This document shows positions 1 through 11,829 of a DNA stretch of 64,000 bases, one piece after another; position 1 is the stretch's first letter; each line of letters opens with the position of its first letter. This DNA is from a bacterium (GTDB taxonomy: Bacteria > Bacteroidota > Ignavibacteria > UBA10030). The stretch is from positions 1 through 64,000 of the forward strand of contig JAZDJN010000111.1 of the NCBI GenBank assembly GCA_043803945.1, in the 5' to 3' direction. Below the pieces are notes generated by a model. It had not been told where the DNA came from, searched no databases, and saw only the letters and a list, made by a program, of their open reading frames with translations. Both the position numbers and the translations under genes were made by a program.

Positions 1-120
1 GTCACCAAGATGTGACACGACCCGTTGACGAGGGCCTCGCTCAGTCCGGTAGGATTCCACCAGCTCCCAATAAGTGTGGGGCTTGCCGTCTTTATGTCGA
101 CACTTACGTCTGAGAAACAT
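1..120 (-). CDS. IS1634-family transposase, N-terminal part (runs off the window)
   Basis: Not in ORF track. Manual translation from ATG at 120: MFLRRKCRHKDGKPHTYWELVESYRTERGPRQRVVSHLGD, matching the typical IS1634 transposase N-terminus (MFLR...DGK.H.YW.LVES.RT.RGPRQR....LG). Confidence 0.85.
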   Translation of the reverse strand, partial: MFLRRKCRHKDGKPHTYWELVESYRTERGPRQRVVSHLGD

Positions 121-271
121 GATGCAACAATATACTACAGCAACCATGCCCTCCGCAAGGGGGTAGGTCGGCACTACATAGCACTTTTATAGAGAATCGC
201 CTAATGCTCGCTCCATTCGCGGACTTTCATCAGAAAATGATCAAAAATATTTTTGAACTGTCGAACTTGGG
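1..271 (-). mobile_element. IS1634-family insertion sequence, left end
   Basis: Transposase start at 120. CCCAAGTTCGACAG (minus strand 271-258) resembles IS1634-family terminal inverted repeats. The partner end is outside the window. Confidence 0.65.
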
Positions 272-290
272 TTAGTGCTTAAGTATGATA

Positions 291-319
291 AAAAAAGGTA
301 CACACGTGGTGTACCTTTT
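291..319 (-). terminator. Intrinsic terminator after ahpC
   Basis: AAAAGGTACAC-acgtg-GTGTACCTTTT perfect hairpin with a T-tract on the minus strand. Confidence 0.8.
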
Positions 320-343
320 GTAATTAGAGAGTAATACTTCGTT

Positions 344-907
344 TTAGATTTTTCCGACGAGATCCAAACCGGGCTTGAGTGTTTTGGCTCCAGGTTTCCA
401 ATTCATGGGACAAACTTCTCCGCCATGTTCCTCAACAAATTTCGCGGCCTGAAGTTTTCGAATAATTTCCTCAATGCTTCGTCCGATGCTATTGTCGTGG
501 AATTCGAAGGCTTTCACAACTCCTTTGGGATCGATGAGAAAGGTTGCCCTGAGAGAAAGGCCTTCGCTCTCGATGAGTGTGCCGTAAGTACTGCAAACGC
601 GACGGGCAGGATCGGCAAGCATGGGATATTGGATTTTTTTGATCGTCTCTGAGTTGTCATGCCAGGCTTTATGAACGAATCCAGTATCAACACTCACGGA
701 AATCACTTCCGCTCCTTCATCCTTTATTGCTTGATAATGGTCAGCCAGTTCACCAAGCTCAGTGGGGCAAACAAATGTAAAATCGGCCGGATAAAAGAAC
801 AGGATCACCCACTTTCCTTTATAGTCGGAGAGTGATATTTTTTTTATCTCATTATTTATAAAAGCATCCTCGGTGAAGTTCGGTGCCGGCTCATTGATAC
901 GTATCAT
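344..907 (-). CDS. ahpC: Alkyl hydroperoxide reductase C (2-Cys peroxiredoxin)
   Basis: FFYPADFTFVCPTE peroxidatic motif; GEVCP resolving Cys. Confidence 0.95.
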   Translation of the reverse strand: MIRINEPAPNFTEDAFINNEIKKISLSDYKGKWVILFFYPADFTFVCPTELGELADHYQAIKDEGAEVISVSVDTGFVHKAWHDNSETIKKIQYPMLADPARRVCSTYGTLIESEGLSLRATFLIDPKGVVKAFEFHDNSIGRSIEEIIRKLQAAKFVEEHGGEVCPMNWKPGAKTLKPGLDLVGKI

Positions 908-942
908 AGGGTATTTTCTCCTTTTAATGTGTACTCCACTGT

Positions 943-970
943 AGAACGCTCAAGAAGATTCGAGAGTTCC
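943..970 (-). promoter_or_regulatory. Putative ECF-sigma promoter of ahpC
   Basis: Minus strand GGAACT-N16-CGTTCT upstream of the ahpC RBS. Confidence 0.4.
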
Positions 971-996
971 AGGCTACTGTCATCATTCATGAAAAA

Positions 997-3105
997 CTAC
1001 ATGACCACAAGTCCGGCCGCTTTGAGAACTTCAAGATAATTAAGCACATCCTGTAATTCCGACGTTCGCTCAAATTGTGCATCGAGCATTTTCTTAATAT
1101 CGAGCACTGAATTCTTGCCATCGATCAATAATTGAAGCTCACCGGTATTAGCAATCGCTCTCGAAGGAAACTTATCCCTTACTGCTTGTGGAACCTGGTT
1201 AATGAGTTCCCGGTAGCCACCATAGCCGTTGGCTTTTACCTTATCTGTCTGCCTGGGAATTATTTTAGAGGCTTTTTTCTCTAGCTCGCTCAGTTTCAAT
1301 GCGACAGGTTTTACATTCGCTCGAGAAGCTATGGTTTTTATATGATTCTCGAGTGCGTTCATCTGTGTCTGACCTGTCGCTTCGATGGTTTTCTTGGCCA
1401 ATGAGATGTATTCCCCTACTCTCTTTTTATCGGTCGCCAATTGCAGCACGGACTCCAGAGTATTTTTTTCATTAATTACGGCTGCCTCAATATATGACTG
1501 AGCCAGTTGGTAGGCCCTGGTTAACGAATCGGTTTTTTCATGATTTAACTCTTCCAATCCTCGGACGAGCTGATGTCCAAGTCGTCTGGTGGCATTACTC
1601 ACAATTTCTCCGGCAATTTTGACTGCCATCTCGTCATCGGCATTCGCAATCGTATAGGCACTTGCTGCTCCAATCACCACAACTCTCCGGAGTTGAGTGG
1701 CATCGGCTTTGTCAACGTGATCTCCCGAGGTATGATACCATTGATCGGGCCAGGCGATCATCATAATACCGGGAACCTGCACTCCCCAATCATTGAATAC
1801 CTCATGGTCTGATGCACCATAATGGGTTTCTATGCTATAGTGAAATGGTTCATCGGCACCCGTCGGCGCTATAATGCGATCGGAGACCGGGTAGAATTTG
1901 CTCCGATTCTGAATTTTCTCCCGATTTCCCTCGCCGACAAAACGATAATAATTTTCGACGACATCATTAATATAATGAGGGCCGCCATAGGTAGTACGCA
2001 TCAGACACATCGATGCCTTATTTTTACTGAGCCACTCTCCAACCATATCCATATTTATGTTACAAAGCGTCCTATTCATCAACTCTTTGTTCGCCTTTAC
2101 CCAGGGGCCAGTTCCGGAAAATTCCGGTCCCCAGAGAAACCGAATAGTACGTTTTGGTTTTGGAAGGCGGCCTTCAGAGATCAGTGTGTTCAGTGTTCGC
2201 GCCACTTCCAGAATGGCTGCGCAACCAGAGATATCGTCATTGCCACCCTGCTTCACATAGCCTTCGAACAAATGAGCAGAGAGAATGACTTCACCAGCAG
2301 TTGGATCCGAACCGGGAATGTAGCAAACAAGATCCTGCAGATCGTATTTTCGCTGCTGGCTTTCCACCTGAGCTCGTACGGTTATTTTTTCTCCGGCCAA
2401 GAGGCGCTTCTTTAAATATTCTCCTTCCCGGGCAGGAATCTGAAAACCAAATTTTGCTGGCGCCGCGGCCGCTTCTGAACGTCTCCCTCCTCTGCCTACA
2501 TTAGCCCATGACATCTGGAGCGGATCGAAATTTGGACGAGGGGAATAGATTGAGATTACTCCTGCTGCTCCCTTTTCTATGCAAGCAAGTCGATACGCCT
2601 GGGAGACGGATGATTCTGTCACAACAATCTTATCCTTGAGTTCTTTTCCTTCGAAATCAGATTGGCGTCCAGATCCAATCCAGACCAGTTCACCTGAGAC
2701 ATCGCATGTAGGACTGCCGCTGGCGAGCATCGCAGCATGATCTCGATAGGATGATAATTTCTGGCGCATGGGCTTTACTTCCCACAATTCACCTTTGACA
2801 CCATCCCAAGTTTCTCCCCCGGGAAATCGTACCAGTTCTGCACCTGGAAGATTATACTCCTTCATTTTATCGAGATAGAATTTCGTCTCATAAAACATCG
2901 ATTCATATTCACTCGCTGACCGGTTCTTGTCATAGCCACCGGTCTCCATGATCATATACCATGCATTTTCACCCGAAGATTCACCAATGATTTCATGCAT
3001 CAAAGGATCGGGAAGGAATGTCCATTGCATCCATGGAGTTATTTGGCAGAAGATCGTTCCGGGAATTGACAGAAAAAGGATGAGAAGCAAGTGTTGTCGT
3101 TTCAT
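997..3105 (-). CDS. Secreted M28-family (DUF4910-like) aminopeptidase with PA domain
   Basis: Signal peptide from ATG 3105 (RBS AAGAGGAG). Zn motifs SAHL, GGNDDISG, GPEF, NMDMVG, SDH, YHTSGD. Confidence 0.8.
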   Translation of the reverse strand: MKRQHLLLILFLSIPGTIFCQITPWMQWTFLPDPLMHEIIGESSGENAWYMIMETGGYDKNRSASEYESMFYETKFYLDKMKEYNLPGAELVRFPGGETWDGVKGELWEVKPMRQKLSSYRDHAAMLASGSPTCDVSGELVWIGSGRQSDFEGKELKDKIVVTESSVSQAYRLACIEKGAAGVISIYSPRPNFDPLQMSWANVGRGGRRSEAAAAPAKFGFQIPAREGEYLKKRLLAGEKITVRAQVESQQRKYDLQDLVCYIPGSDPTAGEVILSAHLFEGYVKQGGNDDISGCAAILEVARTLNTLISEGRLPKPKRTIRFLWGPEFSGTGPWVKANKELMNRTLCNINMDMVGEWLSKNKASMCLMRTTYGGPHYINDVVENYYRFVGEGNREKIQNRSKFYPVSDRIIAPTGADEPFHYSIETHYGASDHEVFNDWGVQVPGIMMIAWPDQWYHTSGDHVDKADATQLRRVVVIGAASAYTIANADDEMAVKIAGEIVSNATRRLGHQLVRGLEELNHEKTDSLTRAYQLAQSYIEAAVINEKNTLESVLQLATDKKRVGEYISLAKKTIEATGQTQMNALENHIKTIASRANVKPVALKLSELEKKASKIIPRQTDKVKANGYGGYRELINQVPQAVRDKFPSRAIANTGELQLLIDGKNSVLDIKKMLDAQFERTSELQDVLNYLEVLKAAGLVVM

Positions 3106-3205
3106 TTCAAATCTCCTCTTGGTGAATAAAAGAAGGATGGTCCATTTAGCCTTACTAGAATATAAAGAATCCAACGGAGCGAAGGAAGCAAAGTTTCTGG
3201 GAGTT

Positions 3206-3250
3206 AAAAGAAAACCTTCCGCGGGAGATTGAGCCCCATCGGAAGGTTTT
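3206..3250 (-). terminator. Terminator after frr
   Basis: AAAACCTTCC...GGAAGGTTTT inverted repeat followed by T-rich sequence on the minus strand. Confidence 0.6.
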
Positions 3251-3277
3251 CACAACTCTTGATACCGTGTAGACAGC

Positions 3278-3835
3278 TTAGACTTCCATAATTTCTTTTT
3301 CTTTCAGAACGAGGAGCGCATCGATCTCTTTGATATACTTATCTGTAAATTTTTGAGAATCCTGTTCGCCCCGTTTTCGTTCATCTTCAGAAAAATGCTC
3401 TTCTTTTTCAGATTTCTTAAGATGTTCGATTGCATCTCGTCTTACATTTCGTATAGCAACCTTTCCCTCTTCACCACGTTGCTTGATAAGTTTGACATAT
3501 TCTCGACGACGTTCTTCATTAAGCGGCGGTATTGGGACACGAAGCAACTGTCCGTCACCCAATGGATTCAGTCCGAGATTCGCATTCCTGATGGCTTTGT
3601 CAATGGGGCTAACCATTGTCTTCTCCCATGGTTGGACGGAGATTGTATGGACATCAGGTGTGCTGATATTGGCAACCTGTTTGAGTGGAACCATCGTTCC
3701 ATAATAATCAACCTTGACGCCATCCAGAAGTGCAGTTGTTGCTTTACCGGTTCGGACTTTGACCAACTCCTCTCGTACTACTTCTACTGCTTTTTTCATG
3801 CGATCTTCAGCATCTTTGAGGATATCTTTTACCAT
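3278..3835 (-). CDS. frr: Ribosome recycling factor
   Basis: RTGKA, V.IPPLNEERR, IRNVRRDA motifs; follows pyrH. Confidence 0.97.
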   Translation of the reverse strand: MVKDILKDAEDRMKKAVEVVREELVKVRTGKATTALLDGVKVDYYGTMVPLKQVANISTPDVHTISVQPWEKTMVSPIDKAIRNANLGLNPLGDGQLLRVPIPPLNEERRREYVKLIKQRGEEGKVAIRNVRRDAIEHLKKSEKEEHFSEDERKRGEQDSQKFTDKYIKEIDALLVLKEKEIMEV

Positions 3836-3875
3836 ACCGGATACCTTTCATTAGTTGGACAGGTCGCTTGATGAG

Positions 3876-4607
3876 TTATTTCTCTTTCAATACAGTGTAC
3901 ACTTTGGAGCCAACGGATTTCCCGAGGACAACCTTTTTCAGGTTTCCGGGAGTATTCACATTGAATACAACAATCGGCAATTTATTCTCTTGGCATAATG
4001 TAATCGCCGTCAGATCCATCACCCGAAGATCTTTTTTCAGGACATCGAGGTAAGAAATTTCAGGAAAGTGGATCGCTCCGGCATTCTTTTCGGGATCACT
4101 ATCAAAAATCCCATCAACGCGAGTACCTTTAAGAATCACATCTGCTTCAATTTCAATTGCGCGAAGCACCGCCGCCGTATCCGTTGTAAAGTACGGATTT
4201 CCGGTCCCGGCTGCAAAAATAACCACGCGTCCTTTTTCCAAATGGCGAATTGCCCTGCGGCGGATAAAGGGTTCCGCAATTTTATCCATGTTAATCGCCG
4301 TTTGACAGCGGGTGTAGAGCCCCTGGTGTTCGAGAGCGCTTTGAAGGGCAAGGGCGTTAATGACTGTAGCGAGCATACCCATGTGGTCACCCGTTACTTT
4401 ATCAACACCATCCGACGAGTGTTCGACGCCGCGATAGATATTTCCCCCGCCGATGACAATACCGACTTCGACACCCAGTTTTATAACAGATTGTATTTCC
4501 TTGGCATAGAGCTTCATTACTTCGGGGTCGATGCCGTACTCTCTGGAGCCAAGCAACGCTTCCCCGCTCAATTTCAGAAGGATTCTCTTATAGTGTAGTT
4601 TTCCCAT
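3876..4607 (-). CDS. pyrH: UMP kinase
   Basis: [30 protein letters not shown]. Confidence 0.97.
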   Translation of the reverse strand: MGKLHYKRILLKLSGEALLGSREYGIDPEVMKLYAKEIQSVIKLGVEVGIVIGGGNIYRGVEHSSDGVDKVTGDHMGMLATVINALALQSALEHQGLYTRCQTAINMDKIAEPFIRRRAIRHLEKGRVVIFAAGTGNPYFTTDTAAVLRAIEIEADVILKGTRVDGIFDSDPEKNAGAIHFPEISYLDVLKKDLRVMDLTAITLCQENKLPIVVFNVNTPGNLKKVVLGKSVGSKVYTVLKEK

Positions 4608-4622
4608 AGTTACTCTCTTGAT

Positions 4623-4654
4623 GAAAAAAAATCCCGACTTCTTCGGGATTTTTT
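4623..4654 (-). terminator. Hairpin/terminator between tsf and pyrH
   Basis: AAAAAATCCCGA-cttct-TCGGGATTTTTT. Confidence 0.65.
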
Positions 4655-4661
4655 ATATGTC

Positions 4662-5267
4662 TTATTTCAGATACTCACCCAGATGGAACCGTTGGAACCT
4701 TCTCACGCTAATTTTCTCCCCAACTTTTCCAGTCGCTTCATCAAGGAGATCCTTAATAGTTTTTCCCGAATCTTTTATGAAACTTTGTTCGAGCAGGCAG
4801 ACTTCCTGATAGAATTTATCGAGGCGGCCTTGTGCAATCTTTTCGGCGATGTGTACCGGCTTTCCTTCATTGATTGCCTGTGTTTTATAAATCTCGATTT
4901 CCTTCTGCAGGGTTTCCTGATCGACATCTTCTTTTTTGATGAAAAAAGGATTCATCGCTGCAATCTGCATTGCAATGTCGTGGGCCAGTTCTTTGAAATC
5001 CTGCGTCTTGGCGACGAAATCGGTTTCACAGTTCAATTCCACCATGGTACCAATTCTGCCACCGGCATGAATGTAGGCTTCTACGATTCCTTGATTGGTT
5101 TCTTTATCAGCTCGCTTCGCGGCAACAGCAGCACCCTTCTTTCGCAGGTACTCAATTGCTGCTTCTTCGTTGCCGGCAGTCTCTTCGAGTGCCCGTTTGC
5201 AATCCATCATGCCGGCACCTGTTTTTGCGCGAAGTTTCTTGACTTGTTCTGACGTAATCTCTGCCAT
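4662..5267 (-). CDS. tsf: Elongation factor Ts (short form)
   Basis: LRAKTGAGMMDCK, ELNCETDFVA. Confidence 0.97.
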   Translation of the reverse strand: MAEITSEQVKKLRAKTGAGMMDCKRALEETAGNEEAAIEYLRKKGAAVAAKRADKETNQGIVEAYIHAGGRIGTMVELNCETDFVAKTQDFKELAHDIAMQIAAMNPFFIKKEDVDQETLQKEIEIYKTQAINEGKPVHIAEKIAQGRLDKFYQEVCLLEQSFIKDSGKTIKDLLDEATGKVGEKISVRRFQRFHLGEYLK

Positions 5268-5269
5268 AA

Positions 5270-6061
5270 TTAATTCTTTACCTCCTTAGGTTTCTCTCGT
5301 TCATGCCGTTCGGTTCGCGCTGCTTCATCCTTGTTTTCCAACCCTGCCGTCATTGCTTCTTCTTCATGACGTGAAGCTGCTCGTTGATTTCCCTCAATAA
5401 CCGCATCGGCGATCGCCTTGCTGACCAACTGAACAGATTTCAGGGCGTCGTCGTTTGCCGGGATAGGATGATCGATCAGGTCAGGATCGGTATTCGTATC
5501 GACGATCGCAATGACCGGAATATTGAGGCGATGCGCTTCCTTCACAGCAATCGACTCCTTCTTCACGTCGACCACGAAAATCACACCTGGCAGTCGTGAC
5601 ATTTCAACAACACCGGCGAGAACCTTATCCAATTTCTCGCGTTCCCGGTCGAGGAAGAGTCGTTCCTTCTTTGTTAATTTCTCGAATGTGCCGTCTGATT
5701 CCATCTTCTCGATGTTCGTCAAACGCTTCACACTCTTCCGAATCGTTGTGAAGTTTGTCAGCATTCCTCCAAGCCAGCGCTCAGTGACATAGAATCCACC
5801 GCAGCGTTTTGCTTCTTCTTTAACGACTTCGCGCGCTTGCTGTTTGGTTGCAACGAATAATGGTTTTCTGCCTTGTGCAGCAATGTTGGAAATCGCATTG
5901 CATGCGACATCGAGCAGTTCTTGTGTTTTCTTGAGATCGATGATATGAATCCCGTTGCGCTCCATAAAAATATAGGGCTTCATTTTGGGATTCCATCGGC
6001 GGGTGATATGCCCAAAGTGGGCACCCGATTGGAGAAGTGCTTCTAGTTCAACGCGTGGCAT
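5270..6061 (-). CDS. rpsB: 30S ribosomal protein S2
   Basis: [26 protein letters not shown]. Confidence 0.98.
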   Translation of the reverse strand: MPRVELEALLQSGAHFGHITRRWNPKMKPYIFMERNGIHIIDLKKTQELLDVACNAISNIAAQGRKPLFVATKQQAREVVKEEAKRCGGFYVTERWLGGMLTNFTTIRKSVKRLTNIEKMESDGTFEKLTKKERLFLDREREKLDKVLAGVVEMSRLPGVIFVVDVKKESIAVKEAHRLNIPVIAIVDTNTDPDLIDHPIPANDDALKSVQLVSKAIADAVIEGNQRAASRHEEEAMTAGLENKDEAARTERHEREKPKEVKN

Positions 6062-6169
6062 AATTCATCCTTTTTAGTTAGTCTACTATTCCCGTCACCT
6101 TCCTCCGGAATCCCGCCTAAGCGGGACACTCCCCTTGGAATCAGAGAATATGATTGATTGAAAACTGTC

Positions 6170-6556
6170 TTAACGCTTCGAGAACTGAAATCGTTTGCGA
6201 GCTTTCTTCTGGCCATATTTCTTTCTCTCAACCATTCGAGGATCGCGGGTTAAGAGTCCGGCATTTCGCAACGATTGACGCAAATCTTCATCCAGGGAAA
6301 CGAGCGAACGAGCGATGGCAAGCTTGATTGCTCCCGCTTGACCTGTGGGGCCGCCACCCTGGACACGGACTTTGGCATCATACCGGCCGAGGGTTGATGT
6401 GGTGACAAAAGGCTTTAAGACCTCTTCCTTCAAAATTGCGATCGGAAAATACTGATCAAGTTCCTTCTGATTGATGGAAACTTTTCCGGATCCTTCCAGA
6501 AGTTTGACACGAGCAATGGCCGTTTTACGACGACCGACAGAAATCAACGAACGCAT
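6170..6556 (-). CDS. rpsI: 30S ribosomal protein S9
   Basis: GRRKTAIARV, LTRDPRMVERKK, FQFSKR. Confidence 0.98.
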   Translation of the reverse strand: MRSLISVGRRKTAIARVKLLEGSGKVSINQKELDQYFPIAILKEEVLKPFVTTSTLGRYDAKVRVQGGGPTGQAGAIKLAIARSLVSLDEDLRQSLRNAGLLTRDPRMVERKKYGQKKARKRFQFSKR

Positions 6557-6576
6557 CTAATTCCTTTTATTATTGA

Positions 6577-7026
6577 TTAAAGAATAATGGCCTCAGGCTG
6601 CTGGGCATCATGGGGATGCGTAGAGCCTGTATACACCTTCAGCTTTCGGATGAGTTTCCGACCAAGCCGGTTATGCGGAAGCATTCCCTTCACGGCATGT
6701 TCAATGACCGCTTCAGGCCTTCGCTGAATTAAATTCTTGAACGATTCAAATCGTGCTCCACCCGGATATTGGGTGTTGTGGTAGTACTCTTTCAGTTCTA
6801 CACGCTTGCCAGAGATGAGAACCTTCTCAGCATTCACGACCACCACAAAATCTCCGACATCATCCTGCGGAGTAAATGTCGGTTTGTGCTTACCACGAAT
6901 AATGTGGGCGATTTGAGAAGCGACCCGGCCCAGTGTTTTACCGTTGACATCAACGAGGTACCACTTCCGTTCTACATCTTCTGTTCTAAAAAACCTTGTT
7001 TTTGGCGCTGTTTCCAACGTATTCAT
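6577..7026 (-). CDS. rplM: 50S ribosomal protein L13
   Basis: KWYLVD...LGR.AS, GKHKPTFTP, KGMLP, HPH.AQQP. Confidence 0.98.
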   Translation of the reverse strand: MNTLETAPKTRFFRTEDVERKWYLVDVNGKTLGRVASQIAHIIRGKHKPTFTPQDDVGDFVVVVNAEKVLISGKRVELKEYYHNTQYPGGARFESFKNLIQRRPEAVIEHAVKGMLPHNRLGRKLIRKLKVYTGSTHPHDAQQPEAIIL

Positions 7027-7072
7027 CCTCCAAACGCGCTAGTGCGAATATTGTTTCATTTAAAAGCTTTTG

Positions 7073-7101
7073 AATATAGCTTGAAAACGACAGAAAGTCA
7101 A
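7073..7101 (-). promoter_or_regulatory. Sigma70-type promoter of the rplM operon
   Basis: TTGACT-N17-TATATT on the minus strand. Confidence 0.7.
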
Positions 7102-7149
7102 TCAGAAATCTTTCATGAAAAAAAAATCTTTCACTTTTGCTGAGAAGAC

Positions 7150-8247
7150 TTATATTGATTTTTGCAGTGATTCTCCGATGGCATCACCCATCGCTGAGGT
7201 GCCCACGAGTGTTCCGGTATTTGAATAGAGATCTGCAGTCCGAAACCCGTTGGAGAGAACATCTTCAATTGCCCGCTCGAGCACCAGCGCCTCCTGCTCC
7301 ATACCGAGCGAATAACGCAGCATCAACGCAACTGATGCAATGGTAGCAATAGGATTCGCTTTATTTTGTTGAGCGATGTCAGGAGCGGAACCATGAACCG
7401 GTTCATACATGCCAATGCGTCCACCCAAGCTTGCCGATGGTAATAGTCCAAGAGAACCTGTCAGCATCGAGGCCTCATCACTGAGAATATCGCCGAACAT
7501 ATTTTCGGTAAGAATAACATCAAACTGGCGGGGATTGCGGATAAGCTGCATCGAACAATTATCGACATACATATGACTAAGCTCAATTTCCGGAAAACGT
7601 AATCCGACACGGGACACAACATTTCGCCATAACTGTGAAGTCTCAAGTACGTTTGCCTTGTCGACAGAACATACTTTCTTCCTCCTCACTGCCGCCGCCT
7701 CGAATGCAACGGATGCAATTCGTTCAATCTCCGATTCAGAATACACCATTGTATTGAAACCATACAACTCCTCTGCTATCTTTTTAAATCCTCGCGGCTC
7801 ACCAAAGTATAATCCCCCCGTTAGTTCACGAACGACAAGAAGGTCGACATCGCGCAGAACTTCTTCCTTAATTGTTGAAGAGCTTAGAAGAACGGTATAC
7901 GGTTTTGCGGGACGTAAATTTGCATAGAGCCCAAGCTCTTTACGAAGGCCAAGCAACGCTTTTTCAGGTTTCAGTTCCGGAGGATTACCGTCATAGTTCG
8001 GATCTCCTACTGCACCCAGGAGAACGGCATCGGCATGACGGCAGAGGGCTAGTGTTTCATCGGGAAGAGGAACGCCTCGTGCGGTGAGTGCTGCACCTCC
8101 AATGAGACCCTCCTCCAGAATAAATGTATGCCGATACAATTTGCCAAGGCGTGTCAATATTTTGACTGCCTCAGCAACCACTTCCCGGCCAATACCATCA
8201 CCGGGGAGAACAGCAATGGTGTATGTCCGTTGAGAACTCTTCACCAT
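7150..8247 (-). CDS. leuB: 3-isopropylmalate dehydrogenase
   Basis: [43 protein letters not shown]. Confidence 0.96.
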   Translation of the reverse strand: MVKSSQRTYTIAVLPGDGIGREVVAEAVKILTRLGKLYRHTFILEEGLIGGAALTARGVPLPDETLALCRHADAVLLGAVGDPNYDGNPPELKPEKALLGLRKELGLYANLRPAKPYTVLLSSSTIKEEVLRDVDLLVVRELTGGLYFGEPRGFKKIAEELYGFNTMVYSESEIERIASVAFEAAAVRRKKVCSVDKANVLETSQLWRNVVSRVGLRFPEIELSHMYVDNCSMQLIRNPRQFDVILTENMFGDILSDEASMLTGSLGLLPSASLGGRIGMYEPVHGSAPDIAQQNKANPIATIASVALMLRYSLGMEQEALVLERAIEDVLSNGFRTADLYSNTGTLVGTSAMGDAIGESLQKSI

Positions 8248-8828
8248 CGGACCGCCTCGAATTTCCGGATCTCACTTTCGAATCGAAATATGTATCCAAG
8301 TTCATCGACTCCATTCATTAACCGATACTTCGTGAATGGATCGACGGAGAATTTCACTTTTTTCAATTCAGGCCAGGCAACTTGTTGTGTCTGAAGGTCG
8401 ACCGATACCTGGGTGGTTGGTGCTGATTTGACAAGCTGGACTAATTGCTGATGGATCGTCGGAGTAACTTCAATTGGCAGCAAACCATTCTTCAACGCAT
8501 TATTCTTGAAGATATCGGCAAATGAGGTACTGATGACGGCACGAAATCCATATCCGCAAAGTGCCCACACTGCATGTTCTCTGGAGGAACCACATCCGAA
8601 GTTATCTCCTGCTAACAAAATGCGCGCCTCTTTATATTCAGGCTGATTCAGAATGAATTCCGGATTGGGCTGACTGTTACTCTGATACCGCCAATCGGCA
8701 AACAAGGTGTCACCTAATCCCTCCTTGTCCGTCACTTTCAGATAGCGGGCGGGGATGATCTGATCTGTATCGATATCGTTGATGATCAACGGTACCATGG
8801 GCGATGAAAACGATGATTCGTATGACAT
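8241..8828 (-). CDS. leuD: 3-isopropylmalate dehydratase small subunit
   Basis: [21 protein letters not shown]. Confidence 0.96.
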   Translation of the reverse strand: MSYESSFSSPMVPLIINDIDTDQIIPARYLKVTDKEGLGDTLFADWRYQSNSQPNPEFILNQPEYKEARILLAGDNFGCGSSREHAVWALCGYGFRAVISTSFADIFKNNALKNGLLPIEVTPTIHQQLVQLVKSAPTTQVSVDLQTQQVAWPELKKVKFSVDPFTKYRLMNGVDELGYIFRFESEIRKFEAVRW

Positions 8829-8836
8829 ACGACCTC

Positions 8837-10270
8837 CTATGATAATAGTGTTCTTGCATCAGTTAATTTTCCAGTAATAGCAGCAGCAGCGGCTGTCATG
8901 GGAGAGGCAAGGAATGTTCGCCCTCCCTTCCCCTGCCGGCCTTCAAAATTGCGGTTGCTGGTTGAGACAGCATATTCTCCGGGTTGAAGATGATCGCCAT
9001 TCATCGCGATGCACATGGAGCATCCCGACTCACGCCATTCTGCACCAGCATCGCGAAATATCGAGTGGAGGCCTTCAGCTTCTGCTTGCCTCTTCACTTC
9101 CTGCGAACCGGGGACTACGAGCATCCGCACACCAGATGCCACTTTCCTTCCGCGTAAGAGCGAAGCTGCCTCACGCAAATCCGATAGCCGCCCATTGGTG
9201 CAGCTCCCGATAAACACCACGTCGATTTTTTTGCCGATGAGAAGATCCCCTGGCGATATTCCCATGTAGTTCAACGCTTTGCGGTATGCAATTTTCTGAG
9301 CCTCATCCAAAACCGAATCTTCTAAGGGAACTCTTCCTGTAATCCAAGTCCCCATACCGGGATTCGTTCCAAACGTAATCATCGGCTGTAATGCACTGAC
9401 ATCGATCGTTACATCGGCATCGTAGAGGGCTCCATCGTCACTAATCAGCTCCTGCCAATGCAACTTCGCTTGCTGCCATTGTGCTTCCTTCGGTGAAAAT
9501 TCTCTGCCGTCAATATACTGCAATGTGATATCGTCGGGGGCAATAATTCCGGCCCGTGCACCGCCTTCGATGGACATATTGCATACCGTCATGCGTTCTT
9601 CCATAGAGAGTGATCGAATAGTGCTGCCTGTGTATTCAATGACATGGCCGACACCGCCGGAAACGCCAATTTTTGTAAGGACTGCCAGTATCAAATCTTT
9701 CGAGCTCACACCAGGCGTCAGCGTTCCATCAATCTGTATCTTCAACGTTTTCGGTTGATATTGAAGCAAGCATTGAGTCGCCAGCACATGCTCCACCTCA
9801 CTCGTTCCAATGCCAAATGCCAATGCGCCAAACGCACCATGAGTTGCTGTATGGCTATCGCCGCAAACAATGGTCATGCCCGGCTGTGTCAATCCAAGTT
9901 CCGGGCTGATGACATGGACAATGCCACGCTGAGTGTGATCCCTTCCATAATAGCGTATGCCAAAATCCTTTACGTTATTTTCAAGCTGCTGAATTTGTTT
10001 GGCTGCCATTTCATCGCTGATGGGCAGCAATGGATTGGTTGTGGGGATCAAGTGGTCGACCGTTGCCACGGTTTTTTCGGGCCGCCGTACGCTCAATCCA
10101 CGGCTTCTTAGGCCTGAAAACGCTTGCGGCGAAGTGACTTCGTGAACCAGATGCAGATCGATGTAAAGCACCGCGGGCATATCAGGTTCCTGAGCAATGA
10201 CATGGCGTTCCCAGATTTTTTCAAAGAGCGTCTTTGGTTTCCTGAACGATTTCGATAGAGCGTCTTGCAT
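8837..10270 (-). CDS. leuC: 3-isopropylmalate dehydratase large subunit
   Basis: [39 protein letters not shown]. Confidence 0.97.
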   Translation of the reverse strand: MQDALSKSFRKPKTLFEKIWERHVIAQEPDMPAVLYIDLHLVHEVTSPQAFSGLRSRGLSVRRPEKTVATVDHLIPTTNPLLPISDEMAAKQIQQLENNVKDFGIRYYGRDHTQRGIVHVISPELGLTQPGMTIVCGDSHTATHGAFGALAFGIGTSEVEHVLATQCLLQYQPKTLKIQIDGTLTPGVSSKDLILAVLTKIGVSGGVGHVIEYTGSTIRSLSMEERMTVCNMSIEGGARAGIIAPDDITLQYIDGREFSPKEAQWQQAKLHWQELISDDGALYDADVTIDVSALQPMITFGTNPGMGTWITGRVPLEDSVLDEAQKIAYRKALNYMGISPGDLLIGKKIDVVFIGSCTNGRLSDLREAASLLRGRKVASGVRMLVVPGSQEVKRQAEAEGLHSIFRDAGAEWRESGCSMCIAMNGDHLQPGEYAVSTSNRNFEGRQGKGGRTFLASPMTAAAAAITGKLTDARTLLS

Positions 10271-10272
10271 GG

Positions 10273-11829
10273 TTATCCTTCAACCTCAGTAGTATGCTGC
10301 TTGAAAGGTTCACATTTTCGATTTCGTGCCTGGCAGTACCGATTCATTGCCTCGACATATGCCTTAACACTACCGGTGATGACATCGGTACTGACCGCTC
10401 TTCCATTGTAACTTGTGCCATCAAAGTCAACACGAACAAATACCTCTCCCATGGCATCGTGGCCCAATCCGACGGAGGTAATGGAATACTCCGTGAGTTT
10501 CCCTTCGAGCTTTGTGATCCGTTCGATCGCCCGATATGCAGCATCGACCGGGCCATCTCCCGTTGCAGAGTCAGTGTGGGTATTTCCTTCATAGTGTAAT
10601 TCAATTGTTGCAGTCGGGCGAACATTGCTGCCGCTGCTGACGAAGATTGTCGCAAGTTGATAGACGGAGCCAGACTCCTCATTGTCCGTCTGAAGAATTG
10701 CAATCAGGTCATCATCATAAACCTGTTTTTTCTGATCAGCGATAGCACAGAAGGAATGATACACCCGGTTCAATTCATCTTCATTCAACGAATACCCAAG
10801 GTCGCTGTAACGCTGTTTTAATGCGTGACGGCCGGAATGTTTCCCAAGGACAATATTGCTCCGTCGAATGCCGACGGACTGAGGCGTCATGATCTCGTAG
10901 GTAATCGGGCTCTTCAGAACGCCGTCCTGATGAATTCCCGCTTCGTGGGAAAATGCATTTGCCCCGACAATTGCCTTATTGCGCTGAATGTGCATTCCTG
11001 TCAGGCTGCTGAGCAATTTACTCGATTTGAATATTTCTTCAGTATGAATTCCACTCTCAACACCGATTCGTTCTTTTCGTGTCTTCAACGCCATGACAAT
11101 CTCTTCCAGAGCTGCGTTGCCTGCACGTTCCCCGATTCCGTTTATCGTACATTCCACCTGTCGTGCACCTCGTTGAATAGCTGCCAGAGAATTTGCTACC
11201 GCCAAGCCGAGATCATTGTGGCAATGTGCACTGAGGACAGCCTTTCCTATGGATGATGTATGATCACGCACATATTGAAACATCGCGCCGTATTCATCGG
11301 GGATCGCGTACCCAACTGTATCGGGCAGATTGATCGTCGTTGCGCCATACTCGATTGCGACGGCAGCGACCTGGCACAGAAATGCAAGGTCTGAGCGCGA
11401 GGCATCTTCGCAGGAAAATTCAACGTTATCACAAAACGACCGTGCATGCCTTACGGCAAGCATAGTATCTTCGAGCACCTGTTCTCTCGTTTTCTTCAAT
11501 TTATGCGTCAAATGAATATCCGACGTAGCGATGAAGGTATGAATACGCGGCTTTCTGGCATGCTGCAATGCTTCCCAGGCTCGGTCAATATCCTTTTGCA
11601 CCGCACGCGCAAGTCCCGCTACAGAGCAATTCTTTACTGCAAGAGCGACGGCTTTCACTGCCTCAAAATCCCCTATCGATGCTATCGGAAATCCGGCTTC
11701 AAGAACATCCACGCCGAGCTGCTCGAGCTGCCTCGCCATTCTGACCTTCTCTTCGAGATTCATACTACAGCCGGGAGATTGCTCTCCATCTCGTAATGTC
11801 GTATCAAAGACAATGATTCTATTTTCCAT
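10273..11829 (-). CDS. leuA: 2-isopropylmalate synthase
   Basis: [34 protein letters not shown]; C-terminal regulatory domain. Confidence 0.95.
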   Translation of the reverse strand: MENRIIVFDTTLRDGEQSPGCSMNLEEKVRMARQLEQLGVDVLEAGFPIASIGDFEAVKAVALAVKNCSVAGLARAVQKDIDRAWEALQHARKPRIHTFIATSDIHLTHKLKKTREQVLEDTMLAVRHARSFCDNVEFSCEDASRSDLAFLCQVAAVAIEYGATTINLPDTVGYAIPDEYGAMFQYVRDHTSSIGKAVLSAHCHNDLGLAVANSLAAIQRGARQVECTINGIGERAGNAALEEIVMALKTRKERIGVESGIHTEEIFKSSKLLSSLTGMHIQRNKAIVGANAFSHEAGIHQDGVLKSPITYEIMTPQSVGIRRSNIVLGKHSGRHALKQRYSDLGYSLNEDELNRVYHSFCAIADQKKQVYDDDLIAILQTDNEESGSVYQLATIFVSSGSNVRPTATIELHYEGNTHTDSATGDGPVDAAYRAIERITKLEGKLTEYSITSVGLGHDAMGEVFVRVDFDGTSYNGRAVSTDVITGSVKAYVEAMNRYCQARNRKCEPFKQHTTEVEG

